The notes: a model not told the origin generated them from the letters alone. Shown: positions 30,307 to 42,802, numbered from the whole stretch's first letter. The stretch is DNA of 63,896 bases, filler included, from Chrysochromulina tobinii (GCA_001275005.1; 9 parts of 9 records of this genome joined end to end with filler, not necessarily neighbours in it), one strand, 5' to 3'. Numbers and translations: made by a program.

Positions 30307-33300
30307 GTGATGTTATCTGTTCATAATGCTCTCAATCAACCCTCCAACCCCAAGCTCATCAGTGGTAGCCGCCGGACGGGGTCAATCGGGGAACTCGAAG
30401 TGCCCGGTGACCATCAAATCCCTGCTGTACCCCGCAGCCCGACGCCCTCGACCAGACCTAAGGACCCGTATCTCATCTACAATCAACCCGGGCACCAGAA
30501 GAAGCCCACGAACGAGAGCTTTCCGACGCCTCCTTCACCATCGAGAGTGCTGGAAAACTCATCGTCGACGACGATCCCGACGACGCAGGCCGCGGCCGCA
30601 GCAACACCGCAGGCGGCAAAGCTGGCAAGCATCGTCGCGCAGTCGCACGACGAGCGCACGCGCACGCGCACCACGCGCAGCGCTACCTCCCCGAGCACCG
30701 TCATCGACACCACCAATCCGCGCGCGTCCGTGACATCGTCGACGGCCGCCAAGAAGCCTGCTGCGGCTAACCCCGCGGCGCAACTGCAGGCAAAGCAGAC
30801 CAAGATCGCCACGAAGTCGCGCGACACGAAGGCGAGCACGACCACGGCGCGCGACACCACCGGCACGACCACTATCATCGGCGCCGCCAAGCCGCGCGCA
30901 CCCTCCTCGACCATCGCGACAACTGACAAGCAGCCCGCTGCAAACGTCTTTGCAGTCCAGCAGGTGAAGCGGAAGAACGTCGACGCGAAGCTGCGCAACG
31001 CGAAGCTGAGCAACGGCACCGAGCGCAAAACCCCGGCCCATGACGCTGCCAAGCCATGGCATGCACTCTGGACGACCGGCAACACCACCGCGACGTGCAT
31101 CGCAGACACCTTCCTCGGCACGCTCGAAAGCATGCCTCGCGACGGCGCGAATCTTTTCCACTCGCTCAAGCTGGGCGACGCAAAGAAGCTGCGCATGCAG
31201 CACGTGACCTGGCTCAGGGCCAACCCGAACTACCTGTTCCGCACCTCGACTCTTGCCGAGTATGTGTTAGACGACACGGGCGAACCATGGGTAGAATACT
31301 GTAACCGCATGCAGCGTGAGCATACGCATGCCGGTCTCCCCGAGCTCGTCGCAGTCGCACAGGTTCAGCGCGTCGGCATCCGCATCTTCGATGACGCCGG
31401 TCACGGACGCTTCCACCTCAAGGCCATTCTAGGTGAGGAGTTCATCACCTCCGACACTAACGCCGCGACGATCGATCTCGTGCACGGGTCGAACCACTAC
31501 GACTCCCTGATCGGCGCGCGACTCCTGAAGCCGTGGGAGCACGAAGTCAAGCAGGCCGACAAGTTGATGACGCCTGCGTCGCACGGGCCCGAGAAGACCT
31601 CCGTGTCGGCCACGCCCAAGGAGCCGGCAACGCTCACGCCGCGCGAGCTCGAGAAGACCGCCGGGTCGGCCGTGCCCAAGGAGCCGGAGACGACCACGAG
31701 CGAAACCGTGCACGCGGAAGTGGACCCCGCGACGGAGGCGGCCGTGTTGAAGCTCCTCGAGCAGCAGCGCCACTCGATGCCGCTCGACTTGCACGCGCTC
31801 CTCGCGCACCCGGATCCCCTCCCGATGCTCGGAGAGCTCCTCTACCAACTCATCGAGTGCCACAACGTGGAGCTGACTGGCAAGATCACGGGCATGCTGC
31901 TCGAAGGGCTGTCCTTGGACGAGCTGCACTCGCTGCTCGCGAGCTTGCCCCCTGGAGACGCGGCCGCCGCGCTCGCTTCATGGATCAGCACCGCACGGCA
32001 GACCTTACTTGAGGCCGCCGAGGTGATCGCCGACGAGCACCATACCGAGCCAGCAACTGCCGCACTCTGCAAGCCCGAGGCGCGTGGCGTGTCGACCGCG
32101 CCCAAGGAGCCGGTGGTGCCGGCACCATACAAGCCCGAAAGGTACGACGAGCTGACTGCACCCGAGAAGCTTGCACCCGACACGCCCAAGAAAATCAGGA
32201 AGGCGCGGTCTGCCGGGCAGAGACGACGCCGTATGCACCGAAAACGAAATGCGCGCAGGGCACGCGATCGCTGCCAGAAGCTCAAGGCGCGCGAGGAGCT
32301 TGCCGCGCGCGAGAGCAAGACGCGCGAAGAGCTCGCCACGCGCGAAGAGCTCGCTAAGTCCGAAGCACGTCAAGCTCGCGAGCAGCGTGAGACCTGGAAG
32401 AAGCGAGACGAGTCACGCGCATCGGACCAGGCGTACCAGTTGGCCAAGATACTGCCCAAGGATTTGCCTCGGCCAGAGACCGTCGACTGGAGCCCAACCT
32501 TCAAGGCGAAGGATATCAGCAAGGCGCGAGCGACCGACGAGCGTGCAACCCACGTATTGCTCCTGTTCGCTGCCATTGACACTCCCATGCCACCCCCACT
32601 CGGCATCGCGCTGTGCGCATCCATTCTGCGCTCGACGCCGCACGCGCCCTACCTACGAGGGGCAGCCCCGAGGGTGTTCGGCAAGGCCACGCCGAGGGCG
32701 AAGGCAAATGAGGAGAAGGATGCGGAGTCGGCAGGCAACCCGAAACCCTACTTTCCCCCCAACTCGGTGAGCGCGCGCCATATCCGCTGCTCACCAGTGG
32801 GGCACCGGGGCACCGTTGGTGACAACCGCGAGGAACACCGCCGCAAGATTGTAGCCGCTATCGAATCCCATCGATGCAAGCACACGATGGCCGTCATACC
32901 GCAATCCAGCCGAAGCCCTTGGTACTACGCGTCCCAGCAACGCCTGCTGCACCTACAACGCCGTAAGCCTGTCGGCCCAATCGAAGCCAAGTGCCACGAG
33001 CAGCCTCTACAGTTGCGGCGTCGCCATGTTCGCGAACACCGCAGGGCTTCGAGAAGGCGGCGCGCGTGCGCCGAGGCCCCCTGTGCCCGGCCTTGCACCG
33101 CCCCGTGTAGCACTGCCCGCCCTTCGATCAGCTGCCGCGCCAAGGCCACCACGGCGCTCCATACGATGGTCATTCCCACGAGCGGCACGACCGTCCAGCT
33201 CTCCATCGCTCTCTGGGACACTCCGGCGCCGATCACCACCACGAGGGTTGCCCCCATGCACCACGACGCCACCCACGCCACTGTTCCCACGACGCCCCAT

Positions 33301-33674
33301 GCGACGGCTGCCGTGCCCGAAGAGGTACCGACTCCGGCATCAGCGCTAGTTGCCGTACCCGGATTGCCCATAGCGCCGCCCCCTCCCGGCATGAGCCTGC
33401 GCCTCCGAGGCTCCGGCCGCCATCGCACACCGACACCAGAACCCACGCAGGCACAGCCCGTGGTCGACCCCTCGGGCGTACCAGCTGGCCCTAACCACGG
33501 AGATTGCCCCCCACCCCACTTCGGCCTCGGCACGATCTGCGGAGCCCTGCAGATGACTTACTCCCTCACGCACCTCACGACCGACAGTAACAGGCCGCAA
33601 GGAGGAACCTCTGTACGGCATGGCGCCGGCCTCGAGTGCCTCTCGGACCACGCCCACGAGGCAGCATTCAGTCA
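30307..33674 (+). CDS. Long intronless ORF with OTU-like domain (catalytic Cys absent), MLLE/PABC domain and LRLRGS motif; possibly mobile-element derived; 3'-partial
   Basis: MPRDGANLFHSL...HAGLPELVAVAQ...LVHGSNHYDSL (31132-31509); LGELLYQLI...GKITGMLLE (31828-31938); LRLRGS (33397-33414). Confidence 0.7.
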
Positions 33675-33774
33675 NNNNNNNNNNNNNNNNNNNNNNNNNN
33701 NNNNNNNNNNNNNNNNNNTTAATTAATTAANNNNNNNNNNNNNNNNNNNNNNNNNNNNNNNNNNNNNNNNNNNN
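33675..33774. other. Artificial contig linker
   Basis: 44 N + TTAATTAATTAA + 44 N. Confidence 0.99.
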
Positions 33775-34410
33775 CGGGCACGGTAGCAACAGGAAGCGTC
33801 AGCGCATTGCAAGGCGGTGTGGGACGGCGTCCGAGAATAACCGGGGGAGGCGACGATGGTGCGATTGTCTCCACGCGCCGCGCCCCGCCATCTAGTCTCC
33901 ACGCGCCGCGCCCCCTGCCATCGTCGCCTCCCCGCCTGGTGCGTGTGCGTAACCCACAGAGGCTGCCTCGCCGGCGTTCCGCCGCAGGCCTGTGCGCGCC
34001 CGCCGCCGACCCGCCCGGCTGCGTGGGGAGGCGTCCGTAGGTGGCGTCCGCGGTTTCCACCGGGTCCGGGTGCTAGTTTTTGTATAGAGAGACGAAAAGA
34101 AAAGCGGGTCCCCAGCCCTCGCCCCCTGGGCCCATATCCCTGACCCAGAAAATCGAATCGGTGGAGCTGAAACCGGGTAGTGCGCCAGTCTCTCTCTGAA
34201 AAAGACGCCCTCTTGTGCTTTTTTGCGCCACGGATCGAGCATGGGTGCGCGGCCCTCATGAATCCAGCCGCACGCGAGCGGCGGCGCAGCCTCGCCCGAG
34301 CGCTCCACCCTATCACTGCCGACTTGTGCGCTTGCTCACCTGCTCCTCTGCGCTCTGTGCGCCTCCCCGACACGACAGCAGATGACAACAAAGATGGCGG
34401 CGACAAGCCC

Positions 34411-37400
34411 ATGCCCAGGCGCGTAGATCTCTGTGGCACCTATGGCTGCACCTTGCCAAATAATCATCGCGGCCTCCACCAATTCCCCCAAGACGAAAGC
34501 CGACGCAAACGCTCCAAGCCAGACTCGTCGTCGCAACCGACGGGGCGCGAGAGCATCAAGTTTGATCGCGAGCCCGATCCCACGTCTACCTCCGAGCCTG
34601 GACCCGTCCCCGATGGCGAGCCGGATGGTGAGCCCGATGGCGAAATCGATGGCGATTGCACTGGCGACGACGTCGAAGACGAGGACGAGGACGACGTTGA
34701 AGACGATGACGACGTTGAGGACGAGGACAACGAGGAGGACGCAGAGGAAGGCGAGGAAGCGATGGATCAGCCAGAGCAAGACGACGAGGAGGAGGAGGGG
34801 GAAGCAGACGATCCGGATCCGATCGGAGCGGGCGGTCGGGCATCCTCAAGGGCCCCCTTCGACAAGAGTCGGCAGCGCCCGTGCAAGAAGACGCCGTACT
34901 GTTCGCGCTGGCACAACCACCCGGGCTTATGCAAGACGCCGCAGCAGTGCGAGAAGCATCCCAAATGCTGGCGGCCGTTCAAGCATCAGGGCAAATGCAT
35001 GATCCCCGCGCCGTGCCTCAAGGACCCGCGCTGCGCGCGCGCCCAGGGCCACTCGGGCATCTGCCGCATGGTCAAGCTCCCCGGCTTTGACGATGCTCTG
35101 CCGGTGAGTCGCAAGGAGTACAAGGGGGCAAGGGTGGAGTTCAAGGGGGCAAGGGTGGAGCTCAAGGGGGCAAGGGTGGAGTTCAAGGGGGCAAGGGCCG
35201 TGCCCAAGCTGTCCAGACCGACAGCCGCCCGATCCGCGGAGGCGGCGGCCGCCGCGGAGGCGGCGGCGGCGGTCTCGTCAAGTCGGGGCCGCGCCGCCAT
35301 CCAGGCCGCGCTCGAGTTCGTGCCCGGACCCATGCCCGAGGGCGACGGGACCGAGGCCGATCAGGCGCAGCTGGCCCACATCAACCCGTATCGGTGCACG
35401 CGCCACCACCTGTGCGTACGCGGGCGCAAGCACCCGGGCCTGTGCAAGATGCTCGACGCCTACGCGCCCGTCATCGACCGCATCCTTGGCAAGGCCAGCA
35501 CGACCATCTACTTGCAGGGTCGCCCCGTCTCGCAGCAAGTGTACCTCGTGCAGCACGAGGGTCGCTCGCGCGCCCAGGCGATTTGGGAGCCTGCCACTCG
35601 TATCCTCGACGACCTCGCGTTCCAGGCCTTCGAAAATGAGATCGAGCCGGTGCGCCGCTTTGCCCGACCGTCCGACACGGCCGGCGACGACGCGAGAGAG
35701 GAGCCGAGCGGTGCGGCCAACGATCCCGCGAATGGCGTCATCCTGCCCGCGCGCAAGGGCGAGGCGAATGAGCCGACTCCGCCGCCGCCGCTGGCCAGTC
35801 GCAAGAGTCGCGCTGGAGTGTCTGCGGAAGGTGAGGGGGAGGTTGGTGAGGAGGAGGGCGAGGACGACGTCGGGGAGGAGGACGAGGACGACTCGCGCAA
35901 TGTGTACGACTCGGAGGGGCGGCGGCTCTGCAACACCTTTGGGTGCACGCTGCTCAACAACCACTTTGGGCTGCACAAGCTGCCCTCCGTCGAGAACAAC
36001 GAAGGGCGACAGAAGCGCCAGTCGTCGCAGATCAACTTTAGGAAGCTCGCGTCCAAGGGGCTCGAGCGCGCGGAGATCGGGCAAGGGCGGCAGCTCGGCA
36101 AGCCCGACGCGGTCCTCGAGAGAATGCGAGAGAAGAAGAAGGCGATGCGCCTCCCAGAGCCCGAGCCGCTGCTCCGCCCGCACGAGGGCATCTCCGCGCT
36201 GCTCGCAGGCGAAGACCTCGCCGAGCTCGAGGACGACGCCGACGCCGATGCCGACGCCGACGAGGAAGTGTGGTCCGCGGGCCAAAAGATCAAGCGGCAC
36301 AAGAGTGAGACGGACGGCGGCGAGGCTGGCGGCGGTGGCTCCATTCGCTCGCGGCCCAACCACAAGTTTGGCATTGGCTCGCGCGTGCGGTACCTGCGCC
36401 CGGGCTCGGCGCAGGGGTGTGGCGGCACCATCGTCGACGCCAAGTGCGGCTACTGGGTCGTCTCGATCGACGGCGGGCCGCGCGCGCCCGTGTACGCGCG
36501 CGCCTCGATGCTCGAATCGCTCGAGGGTGGTGAGGTGGCGCCCGCCGGGAGTGCCCGTGACAGCGCGCTCTACTCGTCGCAGGCCCAGGGCGCCGTCTCG
36601 GGCGCGATGGTTGGGCTGAGTGCGCGGGCGGCATCGAAGCAGCGGGAGGACATGGGCGCCGAGGACATGGGCGGCGACGGTAGCTTCAGCTGCGGCTACT
36701 GCGGGCGCAAGCTCGCCAACGCAGGCTCGCACGCCAACCACGAGCGCGCGTGCGCCGCTGCGCTGCAGCTCAAGGTCTATCCGAACCCAAACCGACTGAT
36801 TGCATGCTGATGGCCACTCATGCTGAGCCCTGATGACTTCCCTCATCAGGTCTATCCGGACGATTCCGCGCAGAGGCGCAACCCAGGCGCGGACAGCCAG
36901 TGCCGTCGCAACCCGCTGTGCGTGCGTGGGCTGCGCCACCGGGGGCTGGGCGGCCCGTGCCGGCTCAGCGGCGAGCCGGGGGTGCTTCCCAAGCGGCCGA
37001 GCGGCAAGCAGAAGCTCAAAGGACGGAAGCCCGGCAGCCGCAGCGGCCCCTCGGGCCGCAGTGGGCGGCGCAAGCCCAAGCACGATGTGGAGGTGGACGA
37101 TGAGGAGGAGGGAGAGGAGGAGGAGGAGGAGGAGACCCCCTATGAGGGCGGCGGCGGCGGCGGCGGCGGCGGCTCCTCTCGCGCGGGCGGCGGCGATGGG
37201 CAGCGCGCTCGCCCGACCTCAACTCGCCAGATCAAGAAGACGACCATCCCGGGGCGGGTGGGGCACGCGATTGTGGGGCGTACCATCGAGGTCTTCTGGC
37301 AGGCGGACGGATGGCAGGAGGGGCGTGTACTCAGCTACAACCCGGCGACGGGCAAGCACACTGTCGAGTACACGCACCAGGGAGCCATAGAGCAGCTGAC

Positions 37401-38817
37401 CCTCGCCAAGGAGCAATGGCGGCAGGACGAGCCGGAGACCGAGTACGATTCAAGTGAGGAGGACGAAGAGGGCGAGGAGGGCGAGGGCGGCGAGGAGGGC
37501 GAGGAGGGCGAGGAGGGCGACGACGGAGAGGAGGGCGACGAGGGCGACGAAGGCGAGGAGGGCGAGGAGGGCGAGGAGGGAGCCATGGCATCGGAGGCAG
37601 ACGTCCCCGATGGCGGCGTCGAGGCCCTGCTGGCCATGTCCGCGCTCGTGAACGCGGCGATCAAAGTCCGCAACCCGGGCAAGGCACGGGAGAGCGGGAG
37701 AGGCCTGCCACGCGTGTCGGTCAAGGAGGGACGCGCCGGCGCCTCTGGAAAACTGCCAAAGGGCGTGGCACCCGCGTCGAAGCGAGCGCCCACCTCAGCG
37801 CCCACCGCGCAACGTACAGCGAGCGCGGGCGCCGAGTTGGGCAGTGGCGCGGCCCTCGCGCGCATCGGCTCGATCAGTGGCGACCGAGGTGGCGGCCGGG
37901 CCGAGGCAGAGCTCTCATTCGAGCCCATGCACCTCGAGCTCACAAACGTGAAGCCCCAGTGGCTGATGGTGCAGCTCACTCAGAATACTGTGCAGGGCGC
38001 CAGGCGCCGCGTCAAGTCGCTGCCGGATGCCTGGCTCGGTGTGCACCTCGCCAACCGGCCGACGGCATGCATCGGTGACGCTGAGCGTTGCTGCCCCATC
38101 CCAAAGCTGTCGCCCGGCGGCCAGCTGTGCATTCGGCAGGCCGATCTCGCGGGGCTCGCCGACGGCCTCTACCAGTTTGCTCTGTACTCGCGCCACCTGT
38201 GCGTCGCCTCGACCCTCGCCATACGATTTCGGCAGAACCGCTTCACGGATGAAATCTATGAGCCGAACTGTGAACCAGCCGATGACGAGGAGCCCACGAC
38301 GGAGGGCAAGCGGAGGAGAGGCGCCGGGGGTGCCAAGCGGCAGCGCGTGTCGAGCCGCTCGGCACGGCGCGCGAAGGGCGCCAAGGTGCGGCGGGCGGCG
38401 GGCAGTCTCGCTGCGGACGCCGAGGAGGACGCCGAGGAGGAGGTGAGCGACCTCGGGGGGGGGGAGAGTGAAGAGGGCGAGGGCGAGGAGGAGGACGAGC
38501 GGCCCAACCCGCTGCTCGCGGCCGTCACAGCGCTTGCGAGCGGCCGGGGGCTCGGTGCTGAGGAGGTTGACGAGCCTGAAGACGAAGGGCACGCAGCCGC
38601 CTCGTCAGGAGGCGCGCCGGAGGATGATGAGGCCGAAGGGGAGGTGGACGAAGAAGCGGGCGGACACGCGGACGCAGAGATGGAGGCCGAAGCGGCGGAT
38701 GGCGACGAGCTTGCGGCTGCGGAGGAGGGCGCCGTGATGGGCGGAGGCCTGGCTGCGCAGAGCGATGAGGATGGCGTGTTGGGCGCCGTGTTGGGCGCCG
38801 TGATGGACGAGGATTGA
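34411..38817 (+). CDS. Multidomain chromatin-associated protein (chromo-like, Tudor-like, C2HC and repeated Cys/His fingers, acidic tracts), join(34411..36774,36850..38817); start uncertain
   Basis: A 75-nt GT-AG intron joins the 876-aa and 665-aa ORFs in frame (LK|VYPDD). Motifs: VIDRILG...YLVQHEG...WEP (chromo), IVGRTIEVFW...W.EGRV.SY (Tudor), CGYCGRKL...HANHERAC. Confidence 0.8.
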
Positions 38818-39888
38818 TGAGAATGGCGACCAAAAGGAGGACGGCTACTGAATGTCCCGACGCGCCATGGCCTGCACGGAGGGCCGCTCGTACGCAGACC
38901 CTGCCGTGCGCAGGCCGTGGATGCGCCGTGATGAGCCCTTGCATGCCGTGGCGCGTCGTGATGAGCACTGCCGTATGCAGGCCGTGGATGCGTCGGCCGC
39001 CTCGCCAACCACACCGTCAGTTACAGCACACTGTCAGTTACAGTCTCCTCGATACGCCGGGAGGCTTCTGAGCGGCCGTATCCGCGACCGTGCACCGTCA
39101 GTCATCCGAGTCAAAAGCGCGGCGGCATCGCCACAGGCCCTTTAGATGAACAGATTGAACACGTGAAAGCCGTGCCTTCACCGGAACCGGGTCGGGTGAC
39201 GGGTCTTGAACGCTTAACGTCACCGTGAGGTCGTCGTCTCGTGTGCCGTCTGCGGTGCCTGTGTTTGCGCCTTTCGGGGGTAGACGGTAGTGCAGTACAC
39301 GACAGTCGCCTTTCACAGTATCGCCAGAGTTTGACGCCACCGTGGTCGTATACGGTGCGAGATTTGATTTTGAACCACGCGGCACGTGGGACATCGCAAG
39401 ATAATTAGCCACGCGTGTGTGGCAACGCTTCGCGGTGCTAGTTTACCTACCGCGTGACCGGAGCGCGTTACTCGTTTCGCGCGGTGTCCGGCTGTCCGCG
39501 CCGGTCCGCATTTCGAAAAAGGGCGCGCCCCCCACGAGGTGGCTACATGACGCGAAGAGACTCCCAGGGAGCGTCTAGCCAGATGGAGATGCTCATCTTT
39601 CCGTGCGATGGTCGATGCACCATGCAAAACATCGCCAATCTCCCTGAGCCCATCTCTGCGCAATCTCCACCGGCCGTTGAGCCCATCTCTGCGCGATCTC
39701 CATCTCCGCGCGATCTCCATCTCTGCGCGCACCGAATGCGGCACCGCACGGGGCCATACGCGCGTTTGCCCGGTCGCGTCGCCCACGAGACGCGTTGCAG
39801 ATCCGCCTCCGCTACCTCGGTCGCGCATCAGCAAAGCATGCATGCCAGTCAGACATGGCAGCGAGGCGTCTGACCCATATCCCTTTAC

Positions 39889-42802
39889 TCACCCGACCGC
39901 ACCGCCGGCAAGCGAAGCGACCGTGCATGCGCCTGCGCTGGTGTCGAAGCTGAGCCCGTGGAAGGTCGGCACGCAGCCGGCTGAGATCTCAAAGTGCGGC
40001 TGCAGCTTCTCCCAGAGCTTCTTTTTTGGCGGGAGCACGTCGAGTGGCTCGCCGCTGACGCCCGCAAAGGCAATGCGCTCGCCCACCGCCGCACCGGCCG
40101 GCGGGTCGATGATCTCGATCTTGCTACATGGCTCGTCGCGGGCCTTGCCGCAGAGCACCATCGCCTGCGACTCTACGTTCTTGAGCTTCGAAGGCTTCAG
40201 GTTGCACAGCACGATGACCTTGCGGTTCCGCATCTGCTCAATGGGCACGTGCTTGACGAGCCCGGACACGACTGTCCGCGGCGCGCCCTCGCCCAGGTCG
40301 ATCTGCTCCACGTACAAGCCATCCGCCTCAGGGTGGCGCTCCACAGCCACGATCAGGCCGACGCGGATATCCAAGATGGCCACGCTCGTGCCGTCCACGA
40401 TCCCAACGCCGCCACCTGCTGCAGCCTCCTCCGCAGCCTTCTCGGCGGCCGCGGCGGCGGCTTGCTTCTTGGCCGAGGCTGCCTTTTTCTTCTTCTCCTC
40501 CTCCGCTGCAGCCGCCTGCGCAGCGAGCGCACTCAGTGGCACTCAGTGGCACTCAGTGGCACTCAGTAGCACTCAGTGGCACTCAGTGGCACTCAGTGGC
40601 ATCAGTGACACTCGCCTGCGCCGCGAGCGCCTCCGCGGTGTCGACCTTGGCGTACATGATGTCGCCGACGCTCGTGAGCGTGCCGGGCTGCAGGTTGGTC
40701 AGGGTCGAGCGCAGCTGGCAGATGGGCAGCGGAGGGGTGCCGAGCATCGTGAAGACACGGCCGACGCCGTCGGTTAGGAAGGGCGCCAGGAAGTGGCACG
40801 CGACGTAGATGGCCTCGAGGGTGGTCCGCAGGATCACGAGCCGCTTGTGCGGGTCGTCCTTGATCTTCCAGGGCTCCTTGTCGGTCAGGAACTTGTTGAC
40901 CGTACTGAGCGCGCTCGTGGCGAGGCTGGCGGCAACGTCAATCTGGTAATTCTTGTACGCGGCCTCGGTGGCGGTGCGCAGCTTGTCGACGTCGAGGTCG
41001 ATCTCGCACGGCAGCTGGGAGGGGATCTTGCCATCCGTGTAGCTCTTGCACAGGTTGAGCGAGCGGTTGACGAGGTTGCCAAACGTGTCCGCGAGCTCGG
41101 CGTTGTGACGCAGCGCGAGCGCGGTCTCGTTGAAGGTGACGTCGCCGCCAAAGGTGCACTCGCGCATCAGGAAGAATCGGAACGAGTCCACAGGAAAGCG
41201 AGCGAGCACGTCGTACGGATCGACCACGTTGCCGTACGACTTGGACATCTTGCGCCCATCGGGGCCGTGGACGAAGCCGTGCGCGAGCACCGTCTTGGGC
41301 AGCGGCACCCCCGCGCACATGAGCAGCGCGGGCCAGATCACGCAGTGGAACCAGATGATGTCCTTGCCGATCAGGTGGCAGGAGGCCGGCCAAAAGTGCG
41401 CGAGTGGCGACGATCTTGAAGGATCAGGTGCGGTGGGGTCGTACCCGATGGCCGTGATGTAATTCGAGAGCGCGTCGAACCACACGTACATGACGTGGCC
41501 GGGGATGTCGCCCGGGACCGAGATGCCCCAATCGAAGGTGGTGCGCGAGACGGAGAGGTCCTTCAACGGCACCGCGAGCCTCTCGAGCACCTCGTTGCGC
41601 CGCGCCTCGGGCACGATGAAGTCCGCATGGGTCTGGATGTGCTCGATGAGCTTCTGCTGGTACTCGGACAGCTTGAAGAAGTAGGAGGGCTCCTCCATCT
41701 TCTTGAGCGGCACGCCGCTGCTCGGGTCCTTGTAGTCGTTGGCGAGCGCGTCGCTGTCGGTGACGAAGGTCTCCTCGCGCACGTTGTACCATCCCACGTA
41801 CATGCCCAGGTACACGCCGCCCTGCTGCTCGCACTTGGCCCACAGCTTGCGCGCGATCGTCTTGTGCGCGTCCGAGGTCGTGCGCACGTACCCGTCGTAC
41901 CGGCAGTTGAGCGCGTGGTCGAGCTCCTGGAACTGCGCCACGTGCTTGTTGCACAGCTCGATGGGCTGAAGCCCCTGGGCCGCCGCCGTGTCCGCAATCT
42001 TCTGGCCGTGCTCATCCGCGCCCGTGAGGAAGAAGACCTCGCGCCCATACGCGCGATGGTACCGCGCGATCACATCGGCCGCGATCGCCTCGTACGCGTG
42101 ACCCATGTGCGGCGGCCCATTGGCGTAGTTGATCGCCGTCGAGATGAAGTAGGAGCCGCATTCGGGTTTGGGCGGGAGCGGCGGGAGCGTCGCACTCTCT
42201 GCTGGCAGCGCCCCCCCCGCCGCTGACGGGGCGGCCGGTCGCGGCGGGGGCGGGGTCGCGAGTGAGGTAGCCGACGCGCTCAGGTCGCTCGCCTCAAACC
42301 AGAGGTCACGAAGGCGTGCGACGTCTGCGTCGTCCTTCGCGAGCTCGATCAGCGGATCGGCGGTCACTTTGACCACGCTCAGGTCGCCGCGGATGCTGCC
42401 GGGCAGAGCTCGCGCCGGATCATCATCGCCGACGAGGGTGCGCACCGTGCTGAGGGCGTTCGGCCCTTTCCACAGCGTCACGATCACGGGCCCAGGGGCA
42501 AGCACGGAGACGAGCTCAACAAGCTCCGATTTCGGCACGGAGCCATAGTGGTTCTTGGAGAGGTCCGCACCCGGCTTAAGCATACGCATGGCGCACAGCG
42601 TGAGGCCACGGCGCTCAAAGCGCAGGCATATCTCCGAAACGAGCGAGCCTTTGATTACCGCGGGCCGAAGCAGCACGAAGGCGATTGAGTCGCTGCAGCT
42701 GCCGCCGGTGGAGGCAAGAGCACGCGCCGGACGAGCCTGAAGCGGGTTGAGCTCCGCGAGCTTTGCGAAGGCGTTCGTCGGGCCGACTTGTGGACCGTCC
42801 AT
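39889..42802 (-). CDS. MARS: Methionyl-tRNA synthetase with N-terminal NDK-like domain and C-terminal EMAPII/Trbp-like tRNA-binding domain, join(40616..42802,39889..40515)
   Basis: HMGH (HIGH-like), TGADEHGQKI, YVWFDALSNY, GKDIIWFH, KMSKS. A 100-nt GC-AG intron joins in frame to LDIRVGLIV...HPEADGLY...RTVVSGL...NLKP...SQAM. Confidence 0.95.

Noticed and set aside
35278..37083. Long antisense or alternate-frame ORFs (also 27345..28895, 46029..47726, 10104..11261, 54811..55710)
   Set aside because: Shadow ORFs expected opposite real genes in high-GC DNA; no motifs of their own.
38880..39730. Imperfect short repeats (GCCGTGGATGCG.. near 38900; GAGCCCATCTCTGCGC.ATCTCCA near 39650)
   Set aside because: Two or three degenerate copies between convergent genes, consistent with local slippage; no further structure seen.
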